Below, piece by piece: positions 19,701 through 22,424 of a stretch of DNA of 22,424 nucleotides. The notes beneath the pieces are model-generated. The model saw nothing but the letters and a program-made list of their open reading frames with translations, was not told the origin of the DNA and searched no databases. The stretch comes from an uncultured bacterium (GTDB lineage: Bacteria; Hydrogenedentota; Hydrogenedentia; Hydrogenedentales; JAEUWI01), in contig CAXBPH010000097.1 of assembly GCA_963977445.1 (NCBI GenBank), positions 1-22,424 on the forward strand, read 5' to 3'. A program made the translations under genes and the position numbers. Each line of letters opens with the position of its first letter. Position 1 is the first letter of the stretch.

Positions 19701-21037
19701 ATCTCGAAAAACAGAAAGAAGATGCCAATGCCTCACAGTCTTCGCTGAGTGTGGAGCTCGATTTGCTGAAGGAGGAAGAGAAAGTCCGACTCGCCAATCT
19801 CGAAAAGGCGCGGGCGGATGTGGAAGCCCTCCGGCAAACGCTGGACAAACAGGACGACACCCTCGCCCGTACAGAATTCATGCTCAACCGGGCTCGTGGC
19901 GGAAGTAAATCCAGTAGCCTGCTACCCGTTCTGGTCATGTTTGGGGTTGTCCTGGCGGGCGTTGGCGGCTGGGTGGCCTATACCAGATTTATCGCTACGC
20001 CTCCTGTTGAGACGATCGCTAACGAGACGGTTGCCTTGGAATTTCCGGCTGATCGGTCGCTGGGCACCCTCTTGGCCACGCCCGCAAATAAGGCCGCTCT
20101 CGGTGACTGGCAGCCCTTTAAGGATCAGGCGCAGGGAACCGTCACCGTGACGACAGCCCAGGCACTTCATTTGGATTTAAATGAGAGTGGCGCGAATGAC
20201 CTGGCCGCCTTGAGTGGCCTGGACCCACGATTCATTCGTTCTCTGTCGCTACCCTCCTTTCCTGAAGGAGAGGAAAATCTGGACCAGTTGCGCCATATGA
20301 CGGCGCTGCTCGCCCTCATCACCAAGTTTCCCGTGACGGAAAGAGAACGTGTCGCACTGGCGGAGCGTTTGCCTTCTTCGTGCGCCATCATCGACAAGTC
20401 GGAGGCGGCCCCGGCCATTACGCTTGCCGAACTGAACACGGCCCCCACAGCCCACACCATCGCATTTCCCGACGATCGTTCCCTGGGCAAGCTTTTCCTG
20501 CGCACCTGGCAAATCGATGGACAGGCAAAATGGGAGGTCTATCGCGATGCGCGCGGTGCCGTAGCCATTCCTGATGGTATGGAAGTTAAATTGGAAGTCG
20601 ATTATGACATGGGCGACCAACTGGTCGGGCTTTCAAAACTCAATTCCAATGACATCCAGGCCATCGGCCTCGTGGGGAAGCAGGTAACCGACGACAGTAT
20701 GGTCTACGTGGGACTGCTCAAAGGCCTTCGCTATCTGAGTCTGAAGCGCACCATGGTGACGGACGAAGGGTTCCGGCAGTTGCGCGAACTGTCCCTCCTG
20801 CGCAGTATCGAGGTCTACGCACCAGAGCAATTGACGGACGCAGGACTCGAGTATTTAAAGAGTCAGGCCTATCTCGTCGACTGTTCCCTGACGTCTACCA
20901 ACCTGAGTAACAAGAGCGTCAATACCTTGAAAAGCTTCAAGTACCTCCGCACCCTGCATTTGAAAGAATCCGGCATCACACGGGAAGGCATTATTACCTT
21001 GGAAGGCGCCATGCCCCAATGCACCATTACGTCATAG
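16754..21037 (+). CDS. giant bitopic membrane protein: TPR-like N-terminus, 77-aa coiled-coil repeats, single TM, two capped LRR modules
   Basis: ATG 16754 with GGAG SD; LCYSRARNLAALNRVDDAQGQCQEA is TPR-like; ~920 aa heptad region; TM LLPVLVMFGVVLAGVGGWVAY; FPADRSLG and FPDDRSLG; LRRs such as LRYLSLKRTMVTDEGFRQL and LRTLHLKESGITREG. Confidence 0.85.
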   Translation: MEFTTLEGKLAASNERFRDRKHEESLQLSADLYAVFPESPVLCYSRARNLAALNRVDDAQGQCQEAITLSQAMRERFNELDGLLDKDQVARLQQAWLDQETKFTSLQSTLDNRLADAMDKVELQKAVAALQGELSSLKSEAGSVSDSELALRAELESLRSAEEEKSVALNHSQDELENLRLLLGERETAIRQVVEDAEEKETRMEALQGQLDSLNAEAQEAASSEQKLLEEVERLRNEESAKATALQDARGAMSSLQEKLVEREAAVAEAERISAEREAAIGQLQQDMELIQQNASSAADSEKALHRELEQLRENEKSKSEALEMARHELVDLQGNLKDRESAVAVAESRTKESEAAMAALQQEMDSIQSQAVAASSSEQALQVELEQLRANERQKTEALENARGELTQLRSTLDERESAIATAEERSRESEAAIASLTQELSSIQDKAARASTSEEALQQELVQLRDNEKAKTEALENARGELSQLRDTLSDRESAIAEAETRSKEKEAAIAALHGELEQIQNRAEAAKSSEAALAQELAQLRKKEEEKSHSLEKTRGDLEKLHSDLAEREAKIQEATTKSSMSEEALNALREELVGLHSQVQEHAKSEQVLAQEVDQLRTDSSSKSEYLDGARGELEALRGQLNERESAVDEARQSSAEHAAQVAAMQDELVKLHEQAQSASASESKIVNELESLRESEAEKNRSLDEARAELETLKSQLGDRENAVVAARQTSSEQEVLLTKMQEELSNLQAKATQASTSEASLSEELESLRSSESDKTQALDDARAELESLKNDLAAREDAAKDAKADRAEQEALVVAMQQELEGLRDRAANATSSEEALSDELEQLRSNETQKSQALDEAKSEVEALRRALEEREQEIQKAADSDQASEAQMGELQSELMALQTKAQEAASSEEELENELAQLRNNEKEKNEALNESRAALEALQQTLAGQEEEAKRALAEKVRNEEAVKLLKDELTNLEKQKEDANASQSSLSVELDLLKEEEKVRLANLEKARADVEALRQTLDKQDDTLARTEFMLNRARGGSKSSSLLPVLVMFGVVLAGVGGWVAYTRFIATPPVETIANETVALEFPADRSLGTLLATPANKAALGDWQPFKDQAQGTVTVTTAQALHLDLNESGANDLAALSGLDPRFIRSLSLPSFPEGEENLDQLRHMTALLALITKFPVTERERVALAERLPSSCAIIDKSEAAPAITLAELNTAPTAHTIAFPDDRSLGKLFLRTWQIDGQAKWEVYRDARGAVAIPDGMEVKLEVDYDMGDQLVGLSKLNSNDIQAIGLVGKQVTDDSMVYVGLLKGLRYLSLKRTMVTDEGFRQLRELSLLRSIEVYAPEQLTDAGLEYLKSQAYLVDCSLTSTNLSNKSVNTLKSFKYLRTLHLKESGITREGIITLEGAMPQCTITS
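17192..19870 (+). repeat. intragenic tandem repeat, 231 nt (77 aa), about 12 copies
   Basis: The SExxLxxELxxLR anchor recurs at 17192 + n x 231; the 12th copy falls exactly at 19733. At DNA level CTGGAaAATGCCCGGGG (17951) and CTGGAgAATGCCCGGGG (18182) are 231 nt apart. Confidence 0.92.
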
Positions 21038-21332
21038 CGCAGACGCTCCACACCGTCTCAACGCACGAAGTGGAGACCCGATCGCGCCCAGGCATGAACA
21101 ATGACTCACTCCAGCCAATCAAACTGAACCCATCAGGCGATCCGGTATTCCGGTCGAAGATGCGCCGCAGGTGGATTCGTGCGCGGGTTGGGAAGTAAGT
21201 CTACCGCTCTACTTCAAGGACAGGGCCAAGCACAATGCCCTATTCCAAATGACATCGCGCAGACTCTCCACGGCCCCATAGCCCCTCTCCATCCCAACGT
21301 CTCAACGCACGAACTGGAGTACCAGATCGCGC
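21037..21332. repeat. two imperfect direct repeats in the convergent intergenic region
   Basis: CGTCTCAACGCACGAA(G/C)TGGAG at 21054-21075 and 21298-21319, each preceded by GCGCAGAC.CTCCAC and followed by GATCGCGC. Confidence 0.75.
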
Positions 21333-21408
21333 GGCACGTCCATGGTTTGTGCACTTTTCTGCAAGAAGATAGGTGACGACATGTCTTCCAAGTGATTTGT
21401 GACGAACG

Positions 21409-22221
21409 TCAGGAAAGGTGGTCCAGTATCGTTTCATATACGGCCACCGGTGTCATTACCTGACCCAGGAGTGGCCTGCCCTTTACGGAACCGTGGCAAT
21501 CACTGCCGCCGCTTATGAGCAGCTTTCTTTCCTGGGCGAGGGCCATAAACTCTTCCACCCGCCCCGGCGTGTGGCTGATGTGATACACCTCGATGCCGTC
21601 GAAAGGGAGGGTCAACAGCTTCGGCAGACGTTTGCGGACGGTCTTCCCCAACCCGGGGTGAGCCAGAAACGCCAAGCCGTGGGCACCGTGAATCAGGTCC
21701 AGTGCGGCAGCAATGGGCATGGCCGTCTTGGGGACGTGGGCGGCGCGGCCGTTATTCAGAAAGCGATCAAAGGCTTCCTGAGGCTTTTTCACATGACCCG
21801 CTTCGGTCATGGCCCGGGCAATGTGCATCCGGCCAAAGGCCTCTCCCCCGTCCGCCACGAGCGTATCGGACAGATGAATACCCAAGGTCGCCAAACGTTC
21901 CAGTATATCGTGACCGCGACGTTGGCGCACCTGACACAACTGGTCCAACCCCTCGAGTAGCGGACCGTTATCGAGGTCGACGCCGAGGCCCAAAACGTGC
22001 ACTTCCTGCCCCTGAAACTGGGTGCTGATTTCTGTTCCCGTCAGGAAACCGATTCCGGCCGCAGCGGCGGCAACCTTACCTGCAGGCACCCCCGCCAACG
22101 TGTCGTGGTCGGTCAGTGCGATCGCTGCAGCCCCCTTCTCTACAGCTCGGGCAACAACCGCTTCGGGTGAGTCCGAGCCATCGGAATGGTGGGTGTGCAG
22201 GTGAAGGTCAACGAATGCCAA
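21409..22221 (-). CDS. PHP-domain phosphoesterase, TrpH/YciV (RNase AM)-like
   Basis: DLHLHTHHSDG, ALTDHDT, GTEIS, VHVLG, GRMHIA, AHP, GIEVYH, GGSDCHG. Confidence 0.9.
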   Translation of the reverse strand: MAFVDLHLHTHHSDGSDSPEAVVARAVEKGAAAIALTDHDTLAGVPAGKVAAAAAGIGFLTGTEISTQFQGQEVHVLGLGVDLDNGPLLEGLDQLCQVRQRRGHDILERLATLGIHLSDTLVADGGEAFGRMHIARAMTEAGHVKKPQEAFDRFLNNGRAAHVPKTAMPIAAALDLIHGAHGLAFLAHPGLGKTVRKRLPKLLTLPFDGIEVYHISHTPGRVEEFMALAQERKLLISGGSDCHGSVKGRPLLGQVMTPVAVYETILDHLS

Positions 22222-22229
22222 TAGTTATC

Positions 22230-22424
22230 TCACGCAGAATTTTTATTGTCTTTTTGTTTAAGTCGGTCAAGAACGCCGTTGATGAACTTTGTGGCATCAT
22301 CGGCGCCGAAAATTTTGACGACTTCGATGGCTTCGTTGATGGCTACCGCATCGGGCACGTCGCGAAAGTGGCGCATTTCAAACAGAGCGATACGTAATGC
22401 AGATCGCTCAATGAATCCGATACG
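22230..22424 (-). CDS. nusB: transcription antitermination factor NusB, 3' part
   Basis: Not in the ORF track. Manual translation: [64 protein letters not shown], carrying the NusB motifs AINEAIE and FINGVLD. Confidence 0.93.
   Translation of the reverse strand, partial: RIGFIERSALRIALFEMRHFRDVPDAVAINEAIEVVKIFGADDATKFINGVLDRLKQKDNKNSA

Noticed and set aside
16754..21037. SMC, chemoreceptor or phage tape-measure identity for the giant protein
   Set aside because: No Walker A/B or hinge, no MCP hairpin signature, no phage genes nearby; the resemblance is generic coiled coil.
21054..21319. CRISPR array
   Set aside because: Only two copies, 244 nt apart, and no cas genes.

Overview
Bacterial chromosomal window, moderately GC-rich; no rRNA, tRNA, CRISPR array or transposase seen. 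Left to right: 5' end of an exported protein (-); a sulfur amino-acid cluster (cysK, metY, metX-metW fusion; +); an ABC-F ATPase (Uup-like) and an alpha/beta-hydrolase (-); a complete pilMNOPQ operon (-); an ~860-bp structured intergenic region; an unusual three-gene block; a ~1,430-aa membrane-anchored protein with ~12 in-register 77-aa coiled-coil repeats and C-terminal LRR modules (+); a duplicated structured intergenic element; a PHP hydrolase and the 3' end of nusB (-). The best candidate for an undescribed system is the block at 14059-16561. It contains a radical-SAM/SPASM-like protein that has lost CxxxCxxC, a Nif11-type leader peptide with no core, and a Zn-ribbon/MshEN/HDOD protein whose HD dyad is replaced. 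All three look intact but stripped of their canonical activity, and they sit beside pilMNOPQ. All domain calls are by-eye motif recognition; no searches were run.
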